64,000 nt of DNA from Takakia lepidozioides (Eukaryota > Plantae > Bryophyta). The position numbers and the translations under genes were made by a program. The notes under the pieces are model-generated. The model saw nothing but the letters and a program-made list of their open reading frames with translations. It ran no database searches and was not told the origin of the DNA. Positions within the stretch are counted from its first letter, which is position 1, and the number at the start of each line of letters is the position of its first letter. The DNA is taken from assembly GCA_030704615.1 (NCBI GenBank), contig CM060732.1, positions 34,162,001 through 34,226,000 on the forward strand, read 5' to 3'. Shown here one piece after another: positions 23,201 to 36,930 of the stretch.

Positions 23201-23899
23201 TGACAGTTTAGCCATTTCTCCAAGGGGTTTAGCCACGCCAAGCTAGGGTTTGTGTCTCTTGGACTCTAGGCTTCTTTGCACCGAGCTATGGCGGCTGTGA
23301 AGAAATCAGCAAGGTATTCTTGCTCTTTCGGCTCCTACACACCACCAATAGTAGCCCTAAGCCATGAGGAAGATGGTTGCCACAAACCAAGCTTTTTTTC
23401 TCACTTAGACTCCCCAAACACGCCACTAAACTCAATGGCAAACAACCAAGCCTTGCTGGTTTCCAGCCCTTGTGAGCATTCATTCAAGCTTTTCCCTTGG
23501 CCATAGCATCTGTCGTAGAGCCTATTCCAGCCCCCTACACCTGCCACTTCAAGAGCCATGCTCTATCTAGGCTTGAGGTTGAAACCCCAACTCAGAACAC
23601 GCTCTACAAGTGTCGGACTGTCACATAAGAGCAGATCAGCCCCTTACCTTCTCTTCTAGTTCTCTAAAGCTTGAAAACAAAAGCCCTATGGACTGAAGGC
23701 ATGCTCCACACATGCCCCACTCTCACCACCAGAGAATCAGCCCATTTGTTTTCTTTCTTGCACCCACCAACCTGAAAATACAAGCTTCAGCGGGCTGGAA
23801 GCATGCTCCACACATGCCCTACAGGGAAACCAGCCCCTTCCTTCCTTTCTTGCACTCCCAAACTTGAAAGTACAAGCCTTCAACAGGCCGAAAGCATGC

Positions 23900-24420
23900 G
23901 GGCTATGAGGGGCTGTGACAGGCTGTGCCCTGTGGCCTGTGGGGCTGTGACGGGCTGTGGCTGTGGCTGTTGTGGGCGTGTGGGTGTGCGGGCTGTGTGA
24001 CCGGTGTGGGCGTGTGTGCGGGCTGTGCAGGGCTGTGGGGCTGGTGGCTGTGGCTGTGTGGGGTTGTGACAGGCTGTGCCCTGTGGCCTGTGGGGCTGTG
24101 ACAGGCTATGAGGGGCTGTGTGACAGGCTGTGCCCTATGGCCTGTGGGGCTGTGACGGGCTATGAGGGGCTGTGACAGGCTGTGCCCTGTGGCCTGTGGG
24201 GCTGTGACGGTTGTGACAGGCTGTGGCAAGCTGTGACGGGCTGTGAGGGGCTGTGACAGGCTATGGCGGGTTGTGATGTGATAGGCTGTGGCCTTTGGGG
24301 CTGTGACGGGCTGTGACAGGCTGCGGCCTGTGGGGCTGTGACCCTGTGACCTGTGTAGGGTTGTGACAGGCTGTGGCCTGTGTGGGGCTGTGACGGCTGT
24401 GACCAGTGAGCTGTGTGGGC
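23900..24420 (-). repeat. GGCTGTGAC array (reverse complement of GTCACAGCC) with ~50-bp higher-order units
   Basis: Directly visible. Confidence 0.9.
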
Positions 24421-24659
24421 CTGTGTTGGTCTGTGGTGGCCCGTGTTGACCTGTGGATGGCCTATGCTGACTCGTGGAGGCACTGGTGGACTGCCTAAGG
24501 ACTGGCATGTGGTCTTGAAGGCCGAATTTTGAAGCTCGTGGAGGGCGGTTTGAGGAGTATCTTCATGATATTCCCATGGTCATGCAAGTGAGGGAAGAGA
24601 GGAGAGGAAGAGTGTTGGGATGAGGGCATGCTGGGATTAGGCATTGCTTTAGCTTCTCT

Positions 24660-25473
24660 TCCTCGTAGTTTTCACCATCTCATTAGGCCAAGACCTTTCC
24701 GTAGGTGGAGGCAAGAGTCAGTCCGGGTTTGGGCTGGGGTGTCCTTGCAGGAGCAACACCGTGGAGTTGTTTTTGGTGTGGGGGAGATGTCGTTCTGATT
24801 TCTTATGTTTGGATCCCCTCCATACCTGCATGCTTGACTGTGCGCCATGCTAGTTTTTGTGTGGGCGCTTGTTTTTTATAGGTGATTGGTCCGGATTTGA
24901 TCACCGGCCAGTCCTAGAGCATGCTGTCGATGGTGAGGTTGGGGTGATGACCAGCCAGACCATCATTGTTTTCTCTTGTGGTGAGGTTGGAGGTGATGAC
25001 CAGCCAACCATAGGAGTGCTTGCGGTGGATGCAGGTACAGGTGTAGGCTAAGTTAGGAACTTAGTATTCCAAACCATAAGCCGCAACAGGTTCTCTACCC
25101 GGTTACCTTGTGGAGACGGGGTTAGGGACATGTTCATGACCGGTTGAGTGTCAACACGGAGGTGCCACTAGTTGTTGGGGACACTGCCGGTTCGAGCACT
25201 AGCAATACTAGTGGGTACACGAGACGAGGTGTGCGGTTTAGGCCACCTTCACCTCCTGTGTCTTCTACGGAAGGTTCTGATTCGGATTGTGAATCAGGAG
25301 GACTCATACCGGCCGTGCAAGTTGTTTCTTTGCCATTGTTGTGGGACACAATGGAGGAGATGTATGGAGCTACCAAGGGGCACGAAGGTACTCTGGGCGG
25401 TGGGCACCATCGAGTTGGATGATTTTATCTAAGAGTTTGATAGTTGGTGTGATTTCCAGCAAATGCGCAATCC
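24660..25473 (+). mobile_element. Second, diverged copy of the DNMT-gypsy family: 5' UTR and gag start, running into the gap
   Basis: Reverse-complement homology to 8900-9670; RRGVRFRPPSPP, LWDTMEEMYGATKG, GTIELDDFI, WCDFQQMRN. Confidence 0.9.
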
Positions 25474-25973
25474 NNNNNNNNNNNNNNNNNNNNNNNNNNN
25501 NNNNNNNNNNNNNNNNNNNNNNNNNNNNNNNNNNNNNNNNNNNNNNNNNNNNNNNNNNNNNNNNNNNNNNNNNNNNNNNNNNNNNNNNNNNNNNNNNNNN
25601 NNNNNNNNNNNNNNNNNNNNNNNNNNNNNNNNNNNNNNNNNNNNNNNNNNNNNNNNNNNNNNNNNNNNNNNNNNNNNNNNNNNNNNNNNNNNNNNNNNNN
25701 NNNNNNNNNNNNNNNNNNNNNNNNNNNNNNNNNNNNNNNNNNNNNNNNNNNNNNNNNNNNNNNNNNNNNNNNNNNNNNNNNNNNNNNNNNNNNNNNNNNN
25801 NNNNNNNNNNNNNNNNNNNNNNNNNNNNNNNNNNNNNNNNNNNNNNNNNNNNNNNNNNNNNNNNNNNNNNNNNNNNNNNNNNNNNNNNNNNNNNNNNNNN
25901 NNNNNNNNNNNNNNNNNNNNNNNNNNNNNNNNNNNNNNNNNNNNNNNNNNNNNNNNNNNNNNNNNNNNNNNNN
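25474..25973. other. Assembly gap (500 N)
   Basis: Run of N. Confidence 1.
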
Positions 25974-26989
25974 AATTTCGACCAATTGAGGATCATCAAC
26001 TTTGCCACAGTAACTGGCATGAGGCAGGTACCATGTTGAGGGAATTAATGCTTTTCCAAGTGTACATGGATTCATTTATACCAAGACCAAGGAGGTGGTA
26101 GCAAGTATTGTCATGGGATGCGGGCTATACTACCTGCTTGTTTTCTGGTATGTTACACATTGAGCAACACAAGATGCAATCGCGCTTTCTAGTTATTCCA
26201 GTGGGATCATTGGATTACCTTCAGTGCCACCTCATAGTGTACTATATGAAGCAAAAGTTATGATGCAAAAGGATTCTCAAATTCGTTCATGGTTTCAAGC
26301 GGCCTGGAACATTTGGCACACAGGAATTCGGCATTGATGATATTTTCTATAAGAGACATGTGGCATGGAAATACTTGCACGCTGCACAAGTAATTGGTAC
26401 CCCACTCACCTGGATAGACAAGGAGCTCAGTGTCTACACCAATTTTGCTGTTCAGCGGTTACAGCAAGTTGTAAAAAATAAACTTCCAGACATGGTAGGA
26501 CAACATGTATGCCCCAGAGGATTCCACAAAAAGTTCGACAATTAAAACACCTGAGAGGCGATGACGATTCTGATACAACTGTTTCTTCAGCGGATTCTTT
26601 TGACATGGGAGAAGACTATGCAATTCAGATGGCAGAGAAGAAGCGAGGGGGTCTCCTATGCCTGAAAGATTACCTCGATATCACCCTCCAGAGGGCCTCA
26701 CTTATCCTGGTAGTGTTCAAACATCTCCATCAACCAGTGACAGACCTCGGGCTCGTACACACAGTCCACCACGAAACTCTCAACGTCAGAAAGGTGCTCA
26801 CTCACAAAGATTTGCGAATCGCAATCAGTAAACTGTGAGGACACGGCTTTTTGAGAGGGGAAGGGGTAATGTTAGAGGACTGTCTGGGACTTAGACACTT
26901 ATACGGGATCTGTAGGGTACCCTTAATTTTTGCACAGACTGAGATCAACAGGAGCCTTAGGGGTGACAGCAGCGCACTGTAGAGGGGAG

Positions 26990-27190
26990 TTACACAGTCT
27001 GTCACAGCCGACACAGCCACACAGCCAGTCACAGCCCGACACAGCCAAACACAGCCGACACAGCTCGTCACAGCCCGACACAGCCACACAGCCAGTCACA
27101 GCCCGACACAGCCAAACACAGTCGCACAGCCAGTCACAGACCGTCACAGTTTCACACAGCCAGTCACAGTTTGACACAGCGGTCACGACC
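26990..27190 (+). repeat. GTCACAGCC/ACACAGCC array
   Basis: Directly visible. Confidence 0.88.
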
Positions 27191-28749
27191 ATAGGGAACG
27201 GAGAGCATAACAGGGAACGACTGTGGGGAACAACACCTGCAAATGGAACATGTTAGTTCACGGACGACGGTTAGTGAGGGAAACGGGTTAGAACCACGGG
27301 TAGGGAGATAAAGCGAGAAGCACTTGACGGGGGATGACTTCTTGGTCATGCATGAGAGGGGATCGGGCGGAGAGCAAGAACGGAAGCAAAGATGGAGAGC
27401 ACGGTGAAGGAGGAGAGATGATTAGTAGATGCTTGTTATATGCAAAGCTGTAGTGATATTGTAGAGCAGATTAGAGACACAATGGCTTCGGCCTGATACC
27501 TGATAAATCATAATCTGATACTTATACGATACAATCACACGGTGTAGAGAGATCTGAGTGAAGCTGTGGAATGAATGATGAGTTGATGGAATCCGATAGA
27601 TTGATGAAGCAAACTGATACTTAAATTATCACTAGTAAGGTAGCTAACATGAATGTGGAAAGGAAAGGAAAACAAATAGGAAAACCCCCATGATACACTA
27701 GTTGTAGGTCATGACTGATTGTTCTGAGCGGGCTGAGTACTTAGAGATTTCCAACTCTTCTATCTTGGAGTTTCCGCCTCGGATAGCGAAGGGATGGGTG
27801 AGTAAAAGCCGCGCGACATGTAGCACTTGTGGTTTTTGCTTGAGAATGAGAGAAACCAGGTTGTTATGCAAGGAGCATCGTGGAGCTCTTGGTTGTTAGA
27901 AGCGGAGGCGATGTGGGTTACGAGGTGGTAGACCTTGACATTCGATCTTCAGCTTCAGAGATGAAAGCACCATATTGCAGGTAATTCCAGAGCACCTTGA
28001 TGGTTTCAGATTGTGTACATGCATAAGTAAGCACGATTGGGAAGAGGACCAGTCAAGAGCAGGTTATAGTGGCTTTGGTGGCAAAGCTGAGAACTGGACT
28101 TGGGAATGCGAGCTTTCATTGTGTGAAGGATTGCAAGACCAAGCGAAAGGGCTGATTTGGCTTGGGGGCAAATCAGTGCACTTTGTGGACTATGTTGAGA
28201 GTGGTTTCAATCTCGAGCTTCAGCATTGAGAGGGCTCTTGTCATGGCAAGAGCAGGGCTGGAACAAGAGCTAAGAGGTGCGGCAAGGCCATGGAATGTGC
28301 ACCTAGGGTTTCAGAGCTTGGAAGAAGAGCTCTTGCACCACAAGATGAGTGTCTTGTGGCTGGAAATGTAAGCCTTAGGGTTTCAGGAGCTTGGCAAAGG
28401 CTGTGGAGTGCTTAGTCTTGTCTTAGAAAGCATCAAGGAGCCAAGGAGCCAAGATAGGGGGCTAATACCTCTTGTGTGAAGCATGTGTGGAGCATGTATT
28501 CAGCTCATTGAAGCTTCCATCTTCAAGCTTAGAGGGCAAGCAAAGAAGAGGGAAGGGCTGACTTCCCTTATGTGAGGGGAATGCATGTGTGGAGCAGGCT
28601 TTCGGCCTGTGGAAGGCTTGTACTTTCAAGTTACTAGTGACTGCCATAGTGGGCAGCATAGTGGCAGCCTAATGACTGACTAGTTGTAGCCTAGTGGTTG
28701 GACTAGTGGTTGGACTAGTGGTGGACTAGTGATATACTAGTGTGTGGCA

Positions 28750-28813
28750 TGCATATGTGTTGTGTGGTTTTGGACAGCGATGTAGTTGTGTAGCGATATA
28801 GCACTATATCACA
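28750..28813 (+). mobile_element. 3' terminus of the DNMT-gypsy family (copy 2)
   Basis: GTGTGGTTTTGGACAGCGATGTAGTTGTGTAGCGATA matches the reverse complement of 1711-1750. The terminal CA lies 15 nt beyond GCGATA in both copies. Confidence 0.7.
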
Positions 28814-28819
28814 TTTTAA

Positions 28820-29071
28820 GAGGTAATTTCGGTGCCGAAATACCCCGGTGGATGTCTTCAAAACACCATTTTAGCACACTGCTCTTGGGAATAACGGCGC
28901 CAAAATACCTCATTCCGCATCCTGGACCAGGAGAAACAGACCCTATTACCGAGGTAAGAGGACATAACACCGTCAATAAAGGCAGGAAAATTCCAATTCT
29001 GCGGATGTCCGCTCATGAGCTCATAGGCTCATGGGCTCATGGGCTCATGCGCTCATGAAATAGTAAACCTC
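28820..29071. mobile_element. Right-end fragment of another element A-family transposon
   Basis: Two GGYGCC palindromes 65 bp apart (28831, 28896), CTCATG repeats, and the end AATAGTAAACCTC. Confidence 0.65.
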
Positions 29072-29588
29072 TATTGTATGAGGCCACCAAGCAAAACTCC
29101 CTGAACATAAGGATGCCCATATGAATCATAGCACAAATGACTCATAGCACTAGCAGGAGACAAATGAATCATAGCACTAGTATTTTATGTCATGTGCAGC
29201 TTGTCCAAAGTCAAGTGCCCCTCATACTTGCAGTCATACGAGGTGAAACATAGAGCGAGGACGTGAAAGGATGGGCGTGGTAGAAAGGTTGTCATGCAAA
29301 CTGGAGCGGTTTTTTCATGTGGGTGCATCAGTCTATGCAAAGAAGACATCGAAGATGTAAAGACATCCAATAGTAACAAATGGAACAGTCAAAATAAGGA
29401 AAGCAATTTTACTTCCTCCCGCCCACACAAGAAGGAGTTGCATCGCCTTCATAGGGCAATGCTATGTCTGGAAAATGAAGCCTTACTTCATGACAAGAAG
29501 TTCTGAACAAAGAAAACATAAACAAAATGTTGCATAGCAAGATACATTGCTGATGACAACCGTAAGATCCAGCATGTTACTCCGCAAA

Positions 29589-30235
29589 CTAGTCAATGCA
29601 TTTGAAGTCCCAGTCATACTCTGGCACATCAACTTCATGCACTTTGGATTTCATTTTCCATGATGAAAGTTGCACATTCCACTGGAACGTACGGACGACA
29701 TGGTGGAAGTGATCCGTCTCCCAGTTCTCCAAGAAGACCCGCAGGAGTATGCTGGAGCTGTTCAGTTCCCCCCCCATCTCTGATGCGAAGTGAACGGACA
29801 TGGTGTCCCCATTTACCGTCATGCAAAGGTCATCTGGACCACTCATAGGGCAGGTATGGGAGATATTCCTTCTCAACAACCGATAATTGGGTTGGGGACG
29901 GGGTCTACCAATTTCCTGACATCCCATGAACCCTCCACCCATTGGAAAACTGTCAGAAGATGGAAATTTTCTTGCTCTTTGTCTGGGTCCATGCCTAGAG
30001 TCCAAGGACCCCACTCCTCATTTGGGGCCTCAAGGAACCTAGAACGCAAAACCAAAGTGTTGGACATCATGGCATCCCCTGCATTGTTTGGGTTATAAAA
30101 TCCGCACCATGCCAACCTGCCAACAAACTCAAAAGCTCTCACAAGAATATCACCTCGCATGGGTTTGGAATAGTCGATGCAGTGGTCCATCATCCAAATG
30201 CGTCGTGCGACGAAGGGAGTGAGGTTGCCAAGCAT
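29589..30235 (-). pseudogene. Unknown ~200-aa frameshifted ORF, probable TE cargo
   Basis: Two overlapping, complex ORFs (29873-30235 and 29589-30014) that join with one frameshift. Confidence 0.4.
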
Positions 30236-31534
30236 ACCTGCATCAGGCTACTGAATGGAATAGGGGCCATGGCCATTGGATAAGCTCGCACTTGTGGGCA
30301 TGGTGTTGGTTGAAGATGGTGTGCTGCAGAGATGAAAGAATCAAAACAGGTTGAAACCAAGAGGGCGTCAAGAAATGAAGACAAGAAAGCAAGAGTGCTC
30401 AAAACCAGCAAGAAGGCTGAACCCTAAACTAGAATGAAATAGGGGTGCTTAAAAGGAAGAGACCTCAGGCTTAGGCTCAGGCTGATCCAAGAATGAAAGA
30501 GGACTGAAAGAAAGCATGAGAGGAAACAAGAGGGCTTCTTGTATGCATGAGGGGAAAGCAGGAGGGGTGCAAGAAAGCTAGAATGAAAGAGGCCTCCTAG
30601 AAATCTAGATCGCAATGCAATAGGACTCAAAGAAAGAAACAATGAAAGAGGGCTCCAAGAAAGCAAGAGAGCAAAGCAAGAGGACTCAAGTAAATAAACA
30701 ATGAAAAAGACATGAAAACAACCTAAACTTAAGTTCAATAGGCGGGAAACTGTTCATGTCATGGCAAGTCATGCCTCATCCTTTTTTTATATAAGTATGC
30801 ACCAACTTATGAACCCAAACTGGCAAGTCATAGAAAGTCATGGAAAGAAAGTCATAGAAAGTCATGGCAACTTATACCTGTATGCGAATGCCTGTCATGG
30901 CAATTTATGGCATGTATGCGAATGCACATTGTATTTGAGGCAAACAATATTACCACACCCTAATCCGTAGCGTTTCATCCCTCATTCAACATTTCTTTCC
31001 CTCACTCTTCCCCTCTTGCCCTCTTCCCCTCTTCCCCTCTTCCACTCTTCCCAGGTACCCATGGAGTATGTAGACATTTATGGAACAGCGGAATTCTCAA
31101 GAGCACGCATTGCGCAGATTGTGGAGAATGGGCTTTTGGTCTGCAATGAGCTCCACGGATATGCATTGGGATTTGTTGTCCATGGTGGAGTCCTATGCAG
31201 GGCAAGACAAAGCATGGGCGTACGCTGTGAAAGAAGGGGTACGCACCCTTACCGTGGAGTTGGGGTCATTGGAGTATGCGTACACGATGACGAGGATGAG
31301 CAGAAGGGTGTCATCATCCTCTATGTGCTTCTTGGCCTCGTTGAGAAGGTGATATTCCGCACATTCAAGGAAATGCATTCTCGTTACGATGGCGTGTATT
31401 TGGAGTGGGGCGAGCACATTGCAATGGATTCACCATGGGTGCATGACATCTTGGCTTGGATTCCCCAATCCATGGTGTTTGTGAACCCGTCTGCACCACA
31501 TGCAGTGGAGTAGTGGCAGTGACCTTGCCATGCT

Positions 31535-32768
31535 TTAGGGTTCATTCCTTATGATATAGAGACAGATTGATTGTGTGCTAATGAAGGCACGGTTGTATGA
31601 TTCACCTGTTTGTTGGTGCTTCAAAAATGGATTGTCATGTTGTCTTGAACTCAGTTTCCAGATTTTGGTGAGTTCAAATGGCACTTCGTGAGGGTCACCA
31701 TTCCATGCTCTTGGTGAATGACTTTGGGCCTTGGTGGCAGTACATATGCAATATATCTTTGTGGGCTCCGTGTCCTCTGATGCTAGCATGGCAGGAGAAC
31801 TGGTGCGCATGCATTCGAAAATGGATGTGATGCGGATAGTTTTAAGAAATCCATTAATATGCCCAATCACAATTTCATAATGTGTCACAAAGCTCCCGAA
31901 TGGATATTTCTTTGCAGAGTTTGTCACATGCAATCACATTGAAAACAACGCATCTTGAAAGCTCCCTTGACCAGCAAGCTACTCCCAGCCATTTCCATGC
32001 AGTTCTTCAGATCCGTGATGCGTTGTTTGCAAAAGTGACCATGTGCATCATCCCTATTTGCGTCTGCACGATTCATCCCAACATCTTTCATCCAGTCCCT
32101 CGTGCCAACTACACTGTTCATGGCCCCAAGAGTCACGTCCTTCTCAGGTGGCAGTTGTGCCCACATCCCTTCTCCCCTCCCCCATGCCACGCCGACGCAA
32201 TAGGCATAGAGATTGGGGCCCTGCCCTGCTACTAACCCCTCGGCACAGGTACGGTAACATGCTTCCTGGAGAATGGTTATGTCTACGTCTGCTACAGGAG
32301 TATATGCTATTAGGACGTCAACGACAATTACCATTTGGTGCACAATTTACAGAGTTCCATGGCGTTTTTCTGAGCCATGCTGGGGTGAGAGTCTGGATTG
32401 TCCTTCCGCATGTAAGATGCCCAATTTGCATGTTGCATTATGGAAATCCGAATGGATCGGACCGGACTTCCATCGGTGGACATGTAGAACGTCATCGTGG
32501 AAGTTGGTTTTATGAACATGTCGAGCTTGATCGCATTGTTGATCACCTCGTCGTTGCTGATGCTGCTAGAACTGCATGATGGCGGTGGAATTGCATATTT
32601 GATTCTGTGAGGGAGGTTCGTGCGACTTGTGAAATCCTTGTCAAATAAGATGAAGTTCTTCCCCACCCTGTTTTTTCCTCCTGATGAATGGACGCCAGTG
32701 AATGTGTACTGGGAAAAGAGGGTGGATATAAAAAAACTTTGATTTTTTACTACAGTCCGAAAGTGCAA
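31535..32768 (-). pseudogene. Unknown decayed coding region (three abutting ORFs)
   Basis: 31535-31933, 31924-32343 and 32328-32768 overlap end to end on one strand; no family recognised. Confidence 0.35.
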
Positions 32769-33584
32769 ACTTTATTGCAGCCTTTACTGTACATGCAAGC
32801 AACCCGCATGCAAGCCTACCCACCTTGGAGACTTACTGCCTTGCTCTCATTTTGATATGTGAATGGTTTTCGTTAAGATAATATTGACAGGGGTCCAGAT
32901 TGCATTGTGAATCATGCATCGTGATTGCCCTTAATCATCAGTGGAGCATGCGTATTGTGCTCACGAGAAACACCTGAATGCTGAGATCATGGCCACGCAA
33001 TCTCTGGTCCTATGGCCCACAAGCAAACATAAAGGGAATCACACCCTTGGATTCCAACGCATATGCATGCAAGCCCGGCGACCATGCAGATTTGCTACCT
33101 CGCTATGGCATGCACAAATGTAAAGCCTGAACACAGGGCCTTGCTCTCAAAACCATTCCATGAGGACACATTCCCCATGGGTTGTTCACAGTGAAGTCAT
33201 TGTAGAGAAAAAATGTCATTGTAGAGTTAAAAATGTCATCATACATCACACAATTCCAAAACGTTTTCAAATGTCATAAAGAACTTCCTAAAAGAACCCT
33301 CCATCATTCAATGGTGCATGAATGAGCATGCAGGTCTTGTGGCGTAGCCATGGAAAACATCGGGGACATCCTCATCGTCCCCAAGACAGTATGGTTCGCC
33401 ATGGCATCTTGTCTGCAATTCCAGCAATACAACATCCCCATCTTCCTTCTTTTGGTTGACAGCCTCATGCAACGGAAACCAATGCTTGTTGAGCTGCAAA
33501 AACTTTGCATGGTGGATCAGGATCAGAGAAGGGACAACAAACACAATGTCAATAATTGAAACACATACTATGAAAGGCAGCAAA

Positions 33585-36500
33585 TTATATGGAGATGAAC
33601 AATAAGAAACGTATCGGGCCTGCATCTCCAGTCCGTGGATGTACAAATATTTGAGTCAAGTAAACATCTATGAAATGTGCCGTGAAACAACCACACTCCC
33701 AATTAGACTTATGTTGGGGGACACGGGGATACAACCAGAGGCGGGGGGTTGTTGCATTCTTCCATTGCAGGCTAGGTGGTTGTAATCCTCTGCAAAGTGC
33801 CCAGCAACGTCCTAACAACGGCTTAAGCAACAGATCTGCGTCATCTAGTCTAAGATTGATGTGAGGGCCTACAGTTGTGCGGAAAAACCACACATCTGAG
33901 GAGTTTTTGACTTGTGCACCACATGTTATCCTGAAGACAGCCAACATAACGATACATGTCAAAGAAGGGAGATTTCAACAATGAGGGTGCCTGAGGTAAT
34001 GATAGTGCGGAATGCAAAACAGTACCATTGTAAAGAAGGGAAAAGAGCACAATTTGTTGACTCACAAAGCTTCCTTGAGCCTTTCATGGACCCTGCAATC
34101 ACATACCAGACTTTCATGTCAGCAAGATGATGCCGAAGGGGCTGGGGCATTGGGAGAGGAAATTCCAAATTGACAGGTGCAGAAAGAGGGCATTCAGTAC
34201 TGACGGGGATGAGCGACGAAGGGGTGGCTGGGAGACATTGTTCTTTTCAGGTGTGACTGATTTCCCATCTTTGACGCGATTCTCGTTTGTATCTTCGCTG
34301 CTATGAGGTGGGGAGGGAAGCAAGAAGTCGCCAACATGCATGTCATCGTTGAAGCGTTTGGTGCGCCATGAACTGTTGTCCCCAACAGCACTGCTTGATG
34401 CTCCCTTATTGCCCAATTGACTTCCTCGGGCAGTACTCAAATGTGGCCAAGGGAGAGCCTTGGGGGACGGACCAAGGAGGGCGTTCCTTGCAGCAAAACC
34501 AAATTGAGGATTGACATAATGCACAGGGGGTTTTGAGGACCTCACTCCTGTTGCTGCATGCATAGCAGAACGTGTGTCAGAATGAGGGGGTCTCACGCCC
34601 AAGGGGGCGGGGCTTTCAACTAATGCCTGGCTTGAATGCAGAACCATTTCCATTTGCGTAAATGCACCTGGTTCAGTGGCATGAATGCCCAGTAGAGCAA
34701 GGTCTATGGCGCAGGACTCCTGAATATGAAGAGGACCGTCGTCTCCATGGTCAGGCTCCTCCCCATGAGTCCCAATGTGTTGCACAACAACCTTCCCTTC
34801 CACTCCAGGTATAGGCTCACCATCTTGCAACAGCTCTGTGGGTGACCCGAACATAGGTGAAGTAGGCGTGACTGGAAGGGACTGTTTATGAGCTCGCTGC
34901 AGGACATCCCAATGTACTTGATGAGAAGGCAAAGCAGGAGGGGGTGTTGTCGCATGATCTTCATGAATATCATCACCTGCCAGTCGCTGATTATCCAAGT
35001 TGCGTCTGCTATCCCCCAACAGTTGCACCTAGAGAAATGCTTTCATGTAGGTGTCCTGCAATGCCGCATGGTCGATATCACCTACAATGTGAAAGAACCA
35101 TAGCATGAGTTTAAGGGCACCACAAACAATGCAGACATATGGAAGGCAAGTGCATTCAGGGAAAAACATGGAAACATTATCACCTTCCGTGAGCGAAATC
35201 CAGCCCATGTCAATGTCTTCACGATGCTTGAGGATATCCTGGAAGACTTGAATTGATTCGTGTCTCTCAGAATGGCTGCTTGTATTAGTACAACACAATG
35301 TGTCAAAAACCTTTGGCTTCCACATGGTCAGATCCCCCAAAGCACAAAAACGAGTCATTTCAATGAAGTCAGTCATCTCCTTCTTCATACCATCTCTATA
35401 ACTCGCATCGGCATGTAATAAATCCTCCACGCTTCTGCTCGTCTCATGCACGAGATTCTGTGGCAGGTATGCAAAGAGAAAGCGGCCAACAATGCGGAAA
35501 TTGGCTGCAGCATGTCTGAGCATGGTATTGCCCTCTTCGGTTCCAACAAGTTGAACCAGCACGTCATGCAACAATGGGCTTGCAGGAGATGAGACCGCCT
35601 CGGTACTACTGGGATATGACATCCAGATAGTCCGCAACACCTACAAAATTATCGGGCAGTTCACAGGTGGCCCTGCCTTGCGGTACCTTGCAAACACACC
35701 CCGTAGGAGGCTGGATTCGTCCTGCGAGTGTTTCATGAAAGTAGGAAGGGAAGCAGGCACAATACCAGCATGAACAATGCTGTAAACAGGGGACCAACCC
35801 CACTTACGCTCCTCCTGTTCACGATGGAAATTGGCATCCCACACAGCTAGTTGGTCTTCAACGTACTTGTTTCTGATGACCTGCAACTCTGCCTGTCTTG
35901 CTATTTCTTTTGTTTCGCAGGCTGAAATGGCAGTCATGTACATATGGTACTCTGTAATGGTTGTGCACTCCTTGTAGACAGTTGCATAATCATAAGGAAC
36001 GCCAGGCTTCTTTGCCCACAGCGCCATGGTCTTCAAGACAACATCATTCTTCTCCTGTGGTGCTTCATGCTGGTTCACATGCCAATTTGCACGTTCAGGT
36101 CAAGAACATTCATACAATAAACCTTTTCAGTGATGCACTTGGGTTGCAAAACCATCGTCATGAGCATGTCTCTTCAAAATGCACCTGCAAAATCAAAATG
36201 TGCATGAATAGATGTGGTATTTTGCTCACCTGTCTATTGAGCCACCACCGGCCGTAGGCTGCGCCCAAGAGAAGTGCAGCAAAGTCCTCCGCATCAACAA
36301 GCTGCCTGAGGGACTGTTGAAAGTGAGCATCTTCTATGCTTGGAAAGTCTTGAGGAAGCAATCGGTGTTGTAGCAGGGTGAAAAGTCCAGGGCATCTCAC
36401 ATATGGCGGTTTTTGGGGCACTTCAATGGATCCACACAAACTTTTGGACTTGTTGGTAAAGTAAGAAATTGCCTCCTCCCTGAGCGAGGAAGTGGAGGAT

Positions 36501-36930
36501 CAGGATGAACTTTGACAGAGCTCCATTTGTTGTCTGCCGTAGAGAGCGATGCATGCACCTTCCCTGCCCTCAAACACACTTTCTTGGAGTTGTCAGGAGG
36601 AAGAGTACCTGAAGTGAAGGCTTTGTCATGCCCTGGACGATGGGAGAAAGGGCCCATAGTAGGGAGCTAAACCCTCCTGCGTTTCGGCCCATCATCGAAT
36701 GCCTCCATGTCGGAGTCATCCAGTTCAACTGCTGTTGCTTCTGTATGAACGCTGCAGTCCCCCTCAGAATCTGTCAAGACCAGCCGAACTTGACCCCTGT
36801 TCTTCCTTGATGATTTTCTCGGATAATCACCCATTTCTTGGGACACTAGTTCACCAGAGGATGCAGGCTTTTTCTTCTGTGTGGTTTTGCGAGGCGGCAT
36901 CAAGTTGTGGCGCCTGAGCACATCCTCCAT
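33585..36930 (-). pseudogene. Multi-exon TE cargo gene ending in a Ulp1/C48 SUMO-protease-like domain
   Basis: Same-frame ORFs 34114-35028, 35029-35640 and 35641-36078 separated by single TAGs. Basic N-terminus MPPRKTTQKKK. C-terminal PRVPQHKSNWECGCF resembles the Ulp1 Q-x5-CG motif; the catalytic His was not located. Confidence 0.5.

Noticed and set aside
23903-24508. His/Ser/Pro/Gln-rich ORFs here and at 26802-27256
   Set aside because: Products of the GTCACAGCC repeats.
25341-26101. ORFs spanning X runs
   Set aside because: Artefacts of the N gap.
25974-26840. Decayed coding sequence after the gap
   Set aside because: Fragmented ORFs with no family I can recognise.
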